Part shown: piece after piece, positions 1 to 9,924 of the stretch
How the letters are laid out: the number at the start of each line of letters is the position of its first letter
Position numbering within the stretch: the stretch's first letter is position 1
Assembly: GCA_041178085.1 (NCBI GenBank)
Contig: JBEGVZ010000026.1
Location: 1-64,000, forward strand
DNA from: Pseudomonadota bacterium
Lineage (GTDB): Bacteria; Bdellovibrionota_B; Oligoflexia; Oligoflexales; RGVZ01
DNA: 64,000 nucleotides
Direction: 5' to 3'
Position numbers and translations under genes: made by a program
The notes under the pieces: model-generated
Databases searched by the model: none
Told to the model about the DNA's origin: nothing
The model's input: only the letters and a program-made list of their open reading frames with translations

Positions 1-1
1 G

Positions 2-247
2 ATTGAGACCATTGACACCATAGAAGCCAATGAGGCCGGAAAAGAGCTGATTCTGGTCAGCCGGACGACCATGTCTTCGCGGCCTTATACGTGGTTCAAC
101 AAGAAACCTTGGAAGATTTACAAGACCCGTGTCATCACGCTTCAAATGGCGGGTGACACGGTGAGCTTCCTGGAGCAGTCGGAAGACGCGCTTGGCAAAG
201 AAGAGTCGGCGCTCAATTTCAGTCGGAAGCAAGCTGTTGGCCGTTGA
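2..247 (+). CDS. 3' end of a hypothetical protein (partial, runs off the window start)
   Basis: Frame 2 is open from base 2 to TGA at 245-247 (IETIDTIEANEAGKELILVSR...KQAVGR*). It overlaps the MATE gene end tail-to-tail. Confidence 0.55.
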   Translation: METIDTIEANEAGKELILVSRTTMSSRPYTWFNKKPWKIYKTRVITLQMAGDTVSFLEQSEDALGKEESALNFSRKQAVGR

Positions 248-1601
248 TATGATCGATCGGCCAGCGGTACCATACGAACACAAGCCAGAATGAAACGGCG
301 ACCAGTCCGGTCGCCAGTCCAATCCACAGTCCCAGCACATTCATGTCGCGGAAAAAACAAAGCCAAAGTCCGAGAGGCAGACCTAGCAGGTAATAACCGA
401 GCAAGTTGGCGTACATCGAAGCTTTGGTGTTGCCGACGCCACGGAGTGCCCCCGTCGCCGCGACCTGGATTCCGTCAAAGGTTTGAAAAAGTCCAACACA
501 CAGCAGGCAGCCCAATCCGATCCTCAACACTTCCGGGTCATTGGTGAAGCTACCGTAGATGATTCCAGGAAACCCAATGATGATAAGGGTGCTGATCGCC
601 ATGATTCCGCCTCCGAGCAGTATTCCTGACCACCCGGCCTGCCGCGCCCGCGCATCGTTCCCCTCTCCAATGTGATGGCCGACCATCACTGAAGTTGCCT
701 GTGAGATACCAAGCGGGAACATGAACGTGAACGATGCGATACGCAGAAGAATCTGGTGGGCTGCAGTGGCTTGGGCACCAAGGCGTGTGACCACGATGGT
801 CGAAAGCGAAAAAGCGCCGACTTCGGCAGCCGCCTGGGCTGCTGCCGGTATACCCTGCCTGAGGATTCGCTTCACCAGCTGCCAGGATGGTGACCATGCG
901 TCTTTGAAGACCTGGAAGAGCATGAAACGGTAGGCAAGGCTCGAATATGCGAGGATCGCCACCACAATGAAGATGCGCGCGGCGATGGTGGCAAGGGCAG
1001 AACCCTGGACGCCAAGGGCCTGAAAGCCGAATTCCCCCAGGACCCATGCCCGGTTGGCGATATAGTTCAACAAGTTGGCCAAGATGATGATCAGCGCCAT
1101 TGGCAAGGGGCGTTTGCGCGCCTGCCAGAAGGAATTCATCAAGCTGGTAGCCAGGACCAGGGGGAAGCTCCACAGGATTGTCGCCAGAAAGGTATGTGCC
1201 GGGCCCAGCATTTCGGCTCCGATGCCAAATGAACTGAGGTTTGCGCTCACTACGCCAAGAAGGGTAATGCCCATTGCCGAAAGGGCGAGAGCGATCAGCA
1301 GGCCGTGCAACAGGAGGTTATGCGAATCCTTGACGTGGCCGGAGCCCAGTCGTCGTGAGATCATGGCATCCAAGGGCAGAAGCAGGGCCGATGCAGTCAC
1401 CGCTACAAACCAGAAGATGGCACCGCCCGTGCCAACTCCAGCGAGGGCGGGTGCTCCGACCTGTCCGACGATCAAGGTATCGACAACCTCCATGGTGTAG
1501 AGGCCGACCCGGCTCATGATCACCGGCAGACCGAGGCGAGCCAGTGCCACCACCTCGGCCCTCCGGGAAAGTCTGGTTTTTTGCTGGCTGTCATGTCTCA
1601 T
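219..1601 (-). CDS. MATE family efflux transporter (NorM-like)
   Basis: Multiple TM segments with MATE signatures (VDTLIVGQVGAPALAGVG; LGVQGSALAT; FQTFDGIQVAATGALRGVGNT; GLWIGL). Start moved to ATG 1601 (MRHDSQQK) to avoid overlap with hutU. Confidence 0.9.
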   Translation of the reverse strand: MRHDSQQKTRLSRRAEVVALARLGLPVIMSRVGLYTMEVVDTLIVGQVGAPALAGVGTGGAIFWFVAVTASALLLPLDAMISRRLGSGHVKDSHNLLLHGLLIALALSAMGITLLGVVSANLSSFGIGAEMLGPAHTFLATILWSFPLVLATSLMNSFWQARKRPLPMALIIILANLLNYIANRAWVLGEFGFQALGVQGSALATIAARIFIVVAILAYSSLAYRFMLFQVFKDAWSPSWQLVKRILRQGIPAAAQAAAEVGAFSLSTIVVTRLGAQATAAHQILLRIASFTFMFPLGISQATSVMVGHHIGEGNDARARQAGWSGILLGGGIMAISTLIIIGFPGIIYGSFTNDPEVLRIGLGCLLCVGLFQTFDGIQVAATGALRGVGNTKASMYANLLGYYLLGLPLGLWLCFFRDMNVLGLWIGLATGLVAVSFWLVFVWYRWPIDHINGQQLASD

Positions 1602-1657
1602 GAGGCGGCGCCTGTTGTCGCTGTGGTATAGAATAGGACGTTCCGGAGGTCGTAGAC

Positions 1658-3703
1658 ATGACTGATAATCGTGAATCCTTTCGCGAAATGCAATTCCAGC
1701 TGTTGGAAGAGGGTGAGTCCCTGCCGCCAAGGGCAGACTTCGAGGCCGGGATCCGCCGTGCCCCGGTGCGGCCGCTTCGGCTGGACCGTCAGGATGTTGA
1801 GCTGGCCCTTGCCAATGCGTTGCGTTATATCCCGCGGCGTTTCCATGAAACCATGGCGCCGGAATTTCTTGAGGAGCTGATGACGCGCGGCCGGATCTAC
1901 GGATACCGCTTCCGCCCCCAAGGCGCCATCAAAGCGCGACCGGTCAGTGAGTACAAAGGTCGTTGCCTTGAGGGCAAGGCCCTGCAGCTGATGATCGATA
2001 ATAACCTTGATTTCGAAATTGCCCTTTATCCCTATGAACTTGTGACTTACGGAGAAACGGGGCAGGTCTGTCAGAACTGGATGCAGTACTGCCTGATCAA
2101 GAAGTACCTGGAAAATCTGACCAGGGAACAGACGCTCGCCCTTTATTCCGGACATCCGATGGGTGTTTTCAAATCCCACCCGATGGCGCCCCGGGTGATC
2201 ACCACAAACGCATTGATGATTGGCATGTACGACAACCCGGAATCATGGCACCGCGCGGCAGCCATCGGTGTGGCCAATTACGGACAGATGACAGCCGGTG
2301 GCTGGATGTACATCGGTCCCCAGGGAATCGTTCATGGCACTTACAATACGATCATGCTCGCTGGTCGCTTGAAGCTTGGGCTCAAGGAGAATCAAAATCT
2401 GGCGGGGAAGCTGTTCGTGACCAGTGGCCTTGGTGGCATGAGCGGTGCGCAGGGCAAGGCCGTTGAGATTGCTGGTGGTGCAGGGATCATCGCTGAAGTA
2501 GACCCGTCACGCATTGAGACCCGGCGCAGCCAGGGCTGGGTCAGCGAAGTTGCCAGGTCGCCTGAAGCTGCTTTCGCAGCAGCCTCGAAAGCGATGAAGG
2601 AACGCCGCGGCCGGGCAATCGCGTTTCATGGAAATATTGTTGATTTGCTGCAGTACGCGGTCGAGAACCATTTGCAGATCGATCTGCTTTCTGACCAGAC
2701 GAGTTGCCATGCCGTGTATGAAGGTGGTTACTGTCCGCGCGGAGTTGATTTTGAGGAACGAACCCGGCTGCTGGCAGAGGATCCGTTGAAGTTCCGCAAG
2801 CTGGTGGATGCGACCCTCGGGGAACATTACCGGGCGGTCAAGGACCTTGTCGCGCGCGGGACGTACTTTTTTGATTACGGCAATGCCTTCATGAAGTCTG
2901 TGTTTGACACGGGCATCAAGGAGATTGCAAAGAACGGTCGCGACGAACGCGATGGATTTGTCTTCCCGAGTTATGTCGAAGATATCCTCGGGCCAGAGCT
3001 TTTTGATTATGGCTACGGGCCTTTCCGCTGGGTTTGCCTGAGCGGAAAACCGGAAGACCTTGCTCGCACGGACAGGGCGGCTGCGGACGTGATCCGCGGG
3101 ATCCGCCCCCAGCTCCGCTATCAAGACCGTGACAATCTTGCCTGGGTGGAAGACGCCGGCAAGAACCGGCTTGTGGTCGGATCTCAGGCGCGCATCCTTT
3201 ATCAGGATGCGGGGGGGCGTCGTGCGATCGCGCTCAAGTTCAATGAGATGGTGCGAAGCGGTGAGATCGGTCCAGTGATGCTTGGTCGTGATCACCACGA
3301 TACCGGCGGTACTGATTCTCCGTTCCGCGAGACATCAAACATCAAAGACGGCTCGAACATCATGGCCGACATGGCGACTCAGATCTTTGCCGGCAACGCA
3401 GCGCGGGGCATGACACTGGTTGCCCTGCACAACGGCGGTGGCGTCGGCATCGGCAAGTCCATCAATGGTGGCTTCGGCATGGTCCTCGATGGTAGCGACC
3501 GTGCCAGCCAGGTGGTCGATATGGCCATGCCCTGGGATGTTATGGGCGGAGTCGCAAGGCGTGCCTGGGCGCGCAACAAGAATTCAATTTCGACCTGCGC
3601 TGAATTCAACGAGCAGCATAAAGGAACGGATCACGTCACTTTGCCCCATGAGGCTGATCCTGGCATGGTTGCACGCGTGGTCGATGCACGGATGGGCCGG
3701 TGA
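1658..3703 (+). CDS. hutU: Urocanate hydratase (long, ~680 aa form)
   Basis: YGQMTAGGWMYIGPQGIVHGT, GLGGMSGAQ, SDQTSCH, FDYGNAF, GRDHHD and HNGGGVGIG motifs. GGAGG RBS upstream. Confidence 0.96.
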   Translation: MTDNRESFREMQFQLLEEGESLPPRADFEAGIRRAPVRPLRLDRQDVELALANALRYIPRRFHETMAPEFLEELMTRGRIYGYRFRPQGAIKARPVSEYKGRCLEGKALQLMIDNNLDFEIALYPYELVTYGETGQVCQNWMQYCLIKKYLENLTREQTLALYSGHPMGVFKSHPMAPRVITTNALMIGMYDNPESWHRAAAIGVANYGQMTAGGWMYIGPQGIVHGTYNTIMLAGRLKLGLKENQNLAGKLFVTSGLGGMSGAQGKAVEIAGGAGIIAEVDPSRIETRRSQGWVSEVARSPEAAFAAASKAMKERRGRAIAFHGNIVDLLQYAVENHLQIDLLSDQTSCHAVYEGGYCPRGVDFEERTRLLAEDPLKFRKLVDATLGEHYRAVKDLVARGTYFFDYGNAFMKSVFDTGIKEIAKNGRDERDGFVFPSYVEDILGPELFDYGYGPFRWVCLSGKPEDLARTDRAAADVIRGIRPQLRYQDRDNLAWVEDAGKNRLVVGSQARILYQDAGGRRAIALKFNEMVRSGEIGPVMLGRDHHDTGGTDSPFRETSNIKDGSNIMADMATQIFAGNAARGMTLVALHNGGGVGIGKSINGGFGMVLDGSDRASQVVDMAMPWDVMGGVARRAWARNKNSISTCAEFNEQHKGTDHVTLPHEADPGMVARVVDARMGR

Positions 3704-5403
3704 GCGGACCTGTGAGCCAGGATACGTCCTCAACAGCCGCCGGTGGTTTGTCCAAAGCGTTGGAGCCAGCGGAATTGCTTGGCTGGATGCCGCGCCGGGT
3801 TGTGATTGTTGACGATGACAAATCAGTCCTGTTTGCGTTTGAGCGGGCGTTCCGCGATGCCGGTGTCAAAGAGGTTTTGCCTTTTGAAGATGGTGCATCA
3901 GCAGCGCGTATCATTGGTAGCGGTGCAGCAGTCGACGCCTTCGTCCTGGATTGGCGCTTGCCTGACCTGGGCGGATTGGCGCTGTTGAACCGGATCCGTG
4001 CGCAGGCCATCTTCGACCGTACGCCCGTGGTGGTGGTTTCGGGTTTCCTGGAAAAAAGAGATTTTCGTCTGGCAGCTGAATTCCCTCTTTTGACCTTGGT
4101 GGAAAAGCCTTCCCACGCAAATTTTGTGTTTAAAAAACTGGGGGAGCTTTACCGGGAGCGCGATTTTTTCGATGGTGAGGGCGCGCGCCTTGCCGCGGAA
4201 ATCAATTCGCTTGAACCGCGGGCTAATTTCATTGGTGAACGTTGGGAGAATATCCGCACCCGGCTGCGCGATGCGCCGCGACCAGCGCCGGTTTATTTCA
4301 TCGCCATCAACCTGCTCAGGCAGCGCGGCATGGAGGCCTTGGCCGACGTCCTTTTACAGGACTTGCTTGGCCTGGAACCGGATTGCGCCCCGGCCCTTAT
4401 TGAGTTGGGGCGAAAGAAAATGGCCGACGGTAATTACCCGGCAGCGTCGCGCTTGTTGATGCGGGCTGCAGCACTCGCTCCGCGGAACCTTGAGCGCCTT
4501 TGCCTGCTTGGCGATGTTCAGATCAGGCTGATGAAGGGGCAGGAGGCCCGGGACACTTTTACCGTGGCGGCGGGGATCGATCAGGAGGATGAGCGGGTTA
4601 CCAGCGGACTTAATATTGCGGAAAATATGGTTAGGCACATGTCGTCCATCGACATGTCGCGCATGCAAGGCAATCTTGCGTCCATGTTGAATGCAATCGG
4701 TGTCTTGATGGTGCGTGAAGGCAAGATTAGCGAAGGGGTCCAGCATTACATGTCGGCCATTCGTTTCGTGGATGACGATTCAGACTGGATCAAGCTCGGA
4801 TTCAACCTTGGACTTGCCTACATGCGCTGGCAGCGCCCGACGGATGCCGCGCAGTGGTTTGGCAAGGTATGGGAAAAGTCGAAGGGTAGTTTTTTCAAGG
4901 CGAAGCGTTATTTTGACCAGGCCGTTAAGGATGCGCAGAAGCTCGATCAGTCCGCCGGTTCAACCATCGATTTCTCCGCCGGGATTCCTGAAGCCGAAAA
5001 AACCAAAGGCACCAGTTCATCGAACACGCAGGGGGGCGATTCGTCCGCTTTTCTGACTGATCAGGGTTCGCTCATTTCACATCCCGGAATCGAAGAGACT
5101 GAAAGCGGATTGCCCACCGCTGAGTACCCGCCGGACCTGTTAGCGTGGGACAAGGTCAGGAAAGTCCTGAAGACCGCCCGGGTACCCGATCCGGACCTTT
5201 TTGAGGATACGGGAACCCAGCACCTGAAGCGCAGTCACTCTGCGTTCGGTGGCCTGATCGGTGATCGTAGTGTGTGCATCCTGATTCCCAAGTCCATTCC
5301 GGTTCCACGTGTTCCCGACATGGATGAGTTGGAGGCCAAAGGGGCAGGGGTCAAAGTCCTTCGGCGTACGCGCAGGGTTTGGGCCCTTATGTGGCCACCT
5401 TGA
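3700..5403 (+). CDS. Response regulator receiver domain + TPR-repeat protein
   Basis: N-terminal REC domain (VIVDDD, FVLDWRLP, VVVSG, EKP) followed by TPR-like helical repeats. 4-bp overlap with hutU. Confidence 0.8.
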   Translation: MSGPVSQDTSSTAAGGLSKALEPAELLGWMPRRVVIVDDDKSVLFAFERAFRDAGVKEVLPFEDGASAARIIGSGAAVDAFVLDWRLPDLGGLALLNRIRAQAIFDRTPVVVVSGFLEKRDFRLAAEFPLLTLVEKPSHANFVFKKLGELYRERDFFDGEGARLAAEINSLEPRANFIGERWENIRTRLRDAPRPAPVYFIAINLLRQRGMEALADVLLQDLLGLEPDCAPALIELGRKKMADGNYPAASRLLMRAAALAPRNLERLCLLGDVQIRLMKGQEARDTFTVAAGIDQEDERVTSGLNIAENMVRHMSSIDMSRMQGNLASMLNAIGVLMVREGKISEGVQHYMSAIRFVDDDSDWIKLGFNLGLAYMRWQRPTDAAQWFGKVWEKSKGSFFKAKRYFDQAVKDAQKLDQSAGSTIDFSAGIPEAEKTKGTSSSNTQGGDSSAFLTDQGSLISHPGIEETESGLPTAEYPPDLLAWDKVRKVLKTARVPDPDLFEDTGTQHLKRSHSAFGGLIGDRSVCILIPKSIPVPRVPDMDELEAKGAGVKVLRRTRRVWALMWPP

Positions 5404-5456
5404 TAGTGGTTTTTGGGGGGGCAGCGCCCTGCTGTGACCGCCTCCGATTGAGGCGG

Positions 5457-7751
5457 TCATTTTTTCTGGCGATTTCTCTTGTTGTTGATCAGGAACTTCA
5501 GGCTGCTGCGTGCCGCCCGTTCTGAATAGCCAAAGCGCGTATGGAGTTGCTTGTATCCCGTCTTGGCAAGCTCTCTCTCCTGCTCACCCATTTGTCGTTC
5601 CAGGTCAGTGCCCATTGCCAGCATGGCTTTTTGTGCCGCTTCGATGACTTTTGATTTTTCTTCGAAGTAATGATCCTGCACCTTGCGGACCAAGTCGGGG
5701 AAGATCCCCTGGATGTCGACTTTTGCCGAGGGATTCTCGATTTTCCATGCCGCAATCCTGGCCAGTACTCCTTCCCGGTGTTTTTCTACGTTTGCGGTGA
5801 CGCCCAGGATTTTTTCCAGGTCCTTCATCATGTTCTGGTTAACTGGTTCGTAGGAGGAGGTTTTCTGGTTGTAGATCTTCTCCTTCTTGATCTCGGCGAC
5901 GATGTTTTCGACATAACGATGAAGCAGGATTTCGTATTGTTGCTCTTCAACCAAGGTCAGGGATGCCAGCAGTTCGTGTTCAAAGGTGTCGGCAAACTCG
6001 TCCTGGATCATTTTCACGAACAGCGCAGCATCGTGATATTTGCCGCGGGGCTCAAATTGCAGAAAGTCATAAACGGAGCGATCCTTGACCAGGAGGTCGA
6101 GCTCCCGGAATATATCCTGGGGTCCCAGCAGGTTGTCCCGGCATCCCTGGGCCGCACGGTAGAGGATTTGCCGGACTTCTCTGGGGGACGCGCCGAATCT
6201 TCCTTCGTAGACCACCGATCCCGTCGATTCCTCCATGATCTGGTGGCGCAGTTCCTTCAATTGCTGCTCTTCACCCGGCTTCATCCCGGCAATAGCCTGG
6301 CGTTCGTACAAGCGCACTTTGTTGCGCGGTTCCAGGCGTGCGATCAGTCCACGCACCTGGGAGTCGTAAGCTTCTGGATCAGGTTGCTTGAGCCGGGTCA
6401 TCACTGCCCATACAGCCAGTAGTTCGATGGTGTGTGGGATGATCTCGTAGGACTTAGCGAGCGCCCTTTTGTCGGGTTCGTAGATTCGCGCCTCCATGCC
6501 AGGCCGCAACAGGTAGGGGACCTTGATGAATTCAAACCTGCCGCGGAATGAGCTGAAGTCGGGAATTGTCTTGAACGCGTCCAGGTGTTTCTCGTTGCTG
6601 GTTGCGACAAACACCACATCGAGCAGCGCGGTGGCGGACGGCAGGGAGATCATGCCACGCTCAACGGTCGACAACAGGTACTTGAATGTCTCGACCGGTC
6701 GCTTCAACAGGTCCGAAAATTCAAGGATGCCGCGATTGGCCTCCATCAACTCGCCTTGCGCCTCAAAGAAACGGATGTTTTGCAGGACGCCCGGCAGGTT
6801 TGCCAGGTTCTTGTCCATCGTCAACTGCTTCTCCTGCGCATCCACCGACATCTGCGGTTCGACCGTGGAGATTCCGACGCGGTACTGCCGGGAATAAAAG
6901 AAACGTTCGATCTGGATGTGTCGCAGGACTTTTGAGGCGTCACCTTCATAGGCATTCAACAGGTTCTCGAAGATCAACTGGTTCCTTTTCGACAGCCCGC
7001 CGAGCAGTATGTGCGGGGGCAGTTCGACTTCCTCCGGGGCGCAACCCTCGTTCTGTGCGATCCAGGTTTTTAGCCATTGCTCCCTTTGTGGCATCGGGAT
7101 CAGGTAGACCGGGTTTTCCTTGAATTCCGAAACCAGCTTTGAGGCGATATCGCCCTCTTCAAGAAGGGCGTAAGAAGCAGGCTGCGTGTGGTTGTCCGCA
7201 GACTTCCCGAAGCCGATCGGACCGGACTCACCTTTGGTCTTTGGCGCGGCGCTCCGGTCGTTGGGGAAAACCCAGTTGAAACGGTAGACGGCGCCCTCTT
7301 CCTGCTCACTATACATTTGCATCGCATGGGCAACCGACTCGACCGTTGAAGTCTTGGCCGAACCGTTGGGACCGTGCAGCATGATCAATTTGTTGGCATA
7401 GCCTTGACGGACAAATGCCTGGAGGATGTTGTAAAAGTCTTTCTGGACTTGCTCGCCGCCAATAATCGGTATGTGCCTTTCGGTGCCGATGTCAAAAATC
7501 CGGAAGCGGTCGCCGGTCCTGCCAAAATGATCAAACGCATCCCGCAGGTAGGTGGCGCTGTTGCGGATCATCCGACGTGGTTGCTTTTGCACCAGTGCCA
7601 GGAAGTCCGGGAAGGTTATGACTGTTTTTCGCTGCTTGAACAGGTTCTTGCTGGTGGCCGTGAAGCCATCCAGCAGGTTCGCCACGTTGGCGTTGGAGGT
7701 CGCGGGATAAAGCTCTTGAGGCTGGTTGTCACTGCGGTCCTGGCTGGCCAT
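5457..7751 (-). CDS. PrkA/YeaG family AAA+ serine protein kinase
   Basis: LHGPNGSAKTS Walker A, GELMEANRGILEFSDLLK, VPYLL, EGRFGASPRE. Start taken at MASQD (GAGG upstream). Confidence 0.88.
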   Translation of the reverse strand: MASQDRSDNQPQELYPATSNANVANLLDGFTATSKNLFKQRKTVITFPDFLALVQKQPRRMIRNSATYLRDAFDHFGRTGDRFRIFDIGTERHIPIIGGEQVQKDFYNILQAFVRQGYANKLIMLHGPNGSAKTSTVESVAHAMQMYSEQEEGAVYRFNWVFPNDRSAAPKTKGESGPIGFGKSADNHTQPASYALLEEGDIASKLVSEFKENPVYLIPMPQREQWLKTWIAQNEGCAPEEVELPPHILLGGLSKRNQLIFENLLNAYEGDASKVLRHIQIERFFYSRQYRVGISTVEPQMSVDAQEKQLTMDKNLANLPGVLQNIRFFEAQGELMEANRGILEFSDLLKRPVETFKYLLSTVERGMISLPSATALLDVVFVATSNEKHLDAFKTIPDFSSFRGRFEFIKVPYLLRPGMEARIYEPDKRALAKSYEIIPHTIELLAVWAVMTRLKQPDPEAYDSQVRGLIARLEPRNKVRLYERQAIAGMKPGEEQQLKELRHQIMEESTGSVVYEGRFGASPREVRQILYRAAQGCRDNLLGPQDIFRELDLLVKDRSVYDFLQFEPRGKYHDAALFVKMIQDEFADTFEHELLASLTLVEEQQYEILLHRYVENIVAEIKKEKIYNQKTSSYEPVNQNMMKDLEKILGVTANVEKHREGVLARIAAWKIENPSAKVDIQGIFPDLVRKVQDHYFEEKSKVIEAAQKAMLAMGTDLERQMGEQERELAKTGYKQLHTRFGYSERAARSSLKFLINNKRNRQKK

Positions 7752-7944
7752 GGCACACCTCTTAAAGGGAAGCTTCCCCACCCTCAAGGATACCGGATAG
7801 GCGGGGGGCAGTCACCGTGGGACAGCCCCCCAGAGGGGGGCTATCTTGCTGCCATGACAGCCAACCTTTTTTTGTGTTATCGTTTTTCCAACAAAGCAGT
7901 GGCCCTGAATCCAGCACGGTTCGCATCACCTTGCGGCGAGGTCT

Positions 7945-9276
7945 ATGAAAAAAGTATTTATCCTCGATACCAATATCCTCCTCAACAACCCTGACAGTAT
8001 CTTCAAGTTTGACGACAACGATGTGGTCATCCCGATCTCCGTGATCGAGGAAGTCGACACGTTCAAGAAGGACTTGAGTGAAACTGGCCGCAATGCCCGT
8101 GAGGTATCGCGAATCCTTGACCGCTTGCGCGAAAAGGGGACCCTTTCATCGGGGATCCGCCTTTTTGACGAAAACAAGGAATCTGGCAGCTTGTTCGTCT
8201 ACCTCGGGCACAACATGAACGTTCTTCCCGACGTGCTGGCAGACAACACGGACAACCACATCTTGTCGATCGCCTTGACCCTGCAAAAGCAGTTTGGTGA
8301 TGGACGCAAGGTGATCATCATCACCAAAGACTCAAACCTCCGGATCAAGGCAGACGCCTTTGGCATTGCGGCGGAGGATTTTGAGGCCGACAAGGTCGAT
8401 ATCTCGCATCTCTATTCAGGTTACCGGAACGTCAAGGCAAGCTCCCAGCTGATCAATGATTTTTACAATCGCAGGGAGATGAAGTCCCCGGTTACGGATC
8501 TCTATCCGAACGAGTTCGTGATCCTGGAAGACCAGGATGACGCCAACCAGTTCGTGTACGGGATGTTTGATCCACGCGATGAGATGGTCCGGATGCTCGA
8601 ACCCCATTCGGAAGGGGTCTGGGGCATCTATCCCCGCAACATCGAGCAGACCTTTGCCCTTGAGGCATTGCTGGACGACAACATCAAGCTGGTAACGTTA
8701 AGTGGCGGCGCCGGTACGGGCAAAACCCTGATGGCAATTGCGGCCGGGCTTGCAAAAACAACGGATGAGGACGAGTACCACAAGCTTCTGGTGGCCCGCC
8801 CGATCTTCCCTCTCGGGCGGGATCTGGGATTCCTGCCGGGCGACCTGGATGAAAAACTGAATCCCTGGATGCAGCCAATCTTCGATAATCTTGAGTTATT
8901 GCTGGGCGGCGGTGCTGGCGGGCGCCACAAAAGATTCAGCAAGAGCTACCAGGAGTTGATCAACCAGGGGATGTTGCAGGTCGAGCCATTGACCTACATC
9001 CGTGGCCGCTCACTTCCCCATCAATACTTTGTGGTGGATGAGGCACAGAACCTGACGCCTCATGAGATCAAGACGATTTTGACCCGTGCCGGGGAAGGGA
9101 CGAAGATCGTCCTGACGGGCGACCCTTACCAGATCGACAACCCCTACATCGATTCCGAGAACAACGGTTTGACTTATGTGATCGAGCGCTTCCGCAGCGC
9201 CAAGGTTGCCGCCCACATCACGCTTCAGCGCGGTGAGCGTAGTGAGCTGGCAACCCTTGCGGCCTCGCTGCTATAG
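7945..9276 (+). CDS. PhoH family protein with N-terminal PIN domain (PhoH2/YlaK-like)
   Basis: ILDTNILL PIN start, GGAGTGKT Walker A, LGFLPGD, YIRGRS, DEAQN, GDPYQID. Confidence 0.93.
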   Translation: MKKVFILDTNILLNNPDSIFKFDDNDVVIPISVIEEVDTFKKDLSETGRNAREVSRILDRLREKGTLSSGIRLFDENKESGSLFVYLGHNMNVLPDVLADNTDNHILSIALTLQKQFGDGRKVIIITKDSNLRIKADAFGIAAEDFEADKVDISHLYSGYRNVKASSQLINDFYNRREMKSPVTDLYPNEFVILEDQDDANQFVYGMFDPRDEMVRMLEPHSEGVWGIYPRNIEQTFALEALLDDNIKLVTLSGGAGTGKTLMAIAAGLAKTTDEDEYHKLLVARPIFPLGRDLGFLPGDLDEKLNPWMQPIFDNLELLLGGGAGGRHKRFSKSYQELINQGMLQVEPLTYIRGRSLPHQYFVVDEAQNLTPHEIKTILTRAGEGTKIVLTGDPYQIDNPYIDSENNGLTYVIERFRSAKVAAHITLQRGERSELATLAASLL

Positions 9277-9885
9277 CAGCGAGGTGATCGCATCCATGAC
9301 TTCGTCGGTGTGTCCGTCTACCTTGACCTTGGGCCATGCAGCCGCAACCTTTCCGTCTTTGTTGATCAGGAAGGTTGCGCGCTGGATGCCCATGTACTTC
9401 TTGCCGTAATTGTTCTTTTCGACCCATACGCCATAGCTTTTGGCCAGGTCGTGAGCGGTATCAGCGAGCAGTAGAAATGGCAGCTTGTACTTCGCAGTGA
9501 AGCGCTTGTGACTCTCCACGCTGTCGCCGCTCACACCCACAACCACGGTACCAGTGGACAGGATTCGGGAATGGTTGTCGCGGAACGAGCATGCCTCCAC
9601 CGTGCAGCCGGGTGTATCGTCCTTGGGATAGAAGTAAAGGACGATGGCGTTCCGTCCAAGGAAGGACCCCGAATCAACCAGCTCGCCGGAAGTGCTTGGA
9701 AGTTTGAACGATGGTGCGCGTGTGCCGACAGACGGCATTCCGCTGCCTGTGACCTTCCGGGCCACCGGCCGTGACGACTTCTTCACGGTTTTTTTGGCTG
9801 CCGCCTTTTTCACCGTTTTTTTCTTCGCCGTCTTCTTCCGTGCAGATTTCTTCGCCGTTTTTTTCTTGCTGACTGGCATGCTCAT
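9271..9885 (-). CDS. bcp: Bcp/PrxQ peroxiredoxin with Lys/Ala-rich N-terminal extension
   Basis: LYFYPKDDTPGCTVEACSFRD active site, GIQRATFLI, WPKVKVDGH. Confidence 0.9.
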   Translation of the reverse strand: MSMPVSKKKTAKKSARKKTAKKKTVKKAAAKKTVKKSSRPVARKVTGSGMPSVGTRAPSFKLPSTSGELVDSGSFLGRNAIVLYFYPKDDTPGCTVEACSFRDNHSRILSTGTVVVGVSGDSVESHKRFTAKYKLPFLLLADTAHDLAKSYGVWVEKNNYGKKYMGIQRATFLINKDGKVAAAWPKVKVDGHTDEVMDAITSLL

Positions 9886-9899
9886 TCTCCCTTCTGGTC

Positions 9900-9924
9900 A
9901 AAAAAAACCGGCTCAGTGAGCCGG
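9900..9924 (-). terminator. Intrinsic terminator of the YceI gene
   Basis: CCGGCTC-agt-GAGCCGG hairpin over the stop codon, followed by a U8 run on the minus strand. Confidence 0.65.

Noticed and set aside
1602..1730. Extended N-termini given by the ORF track (MATE here; also the hydratase, carboxyltransferase, rpsP, M13, recD2, ung and zinc-finger genes)
   Set aside because: They overlap neighbouring genes or promoters and lack family similarity. Downstream starts with an RBS or stop-start overlap fit better.
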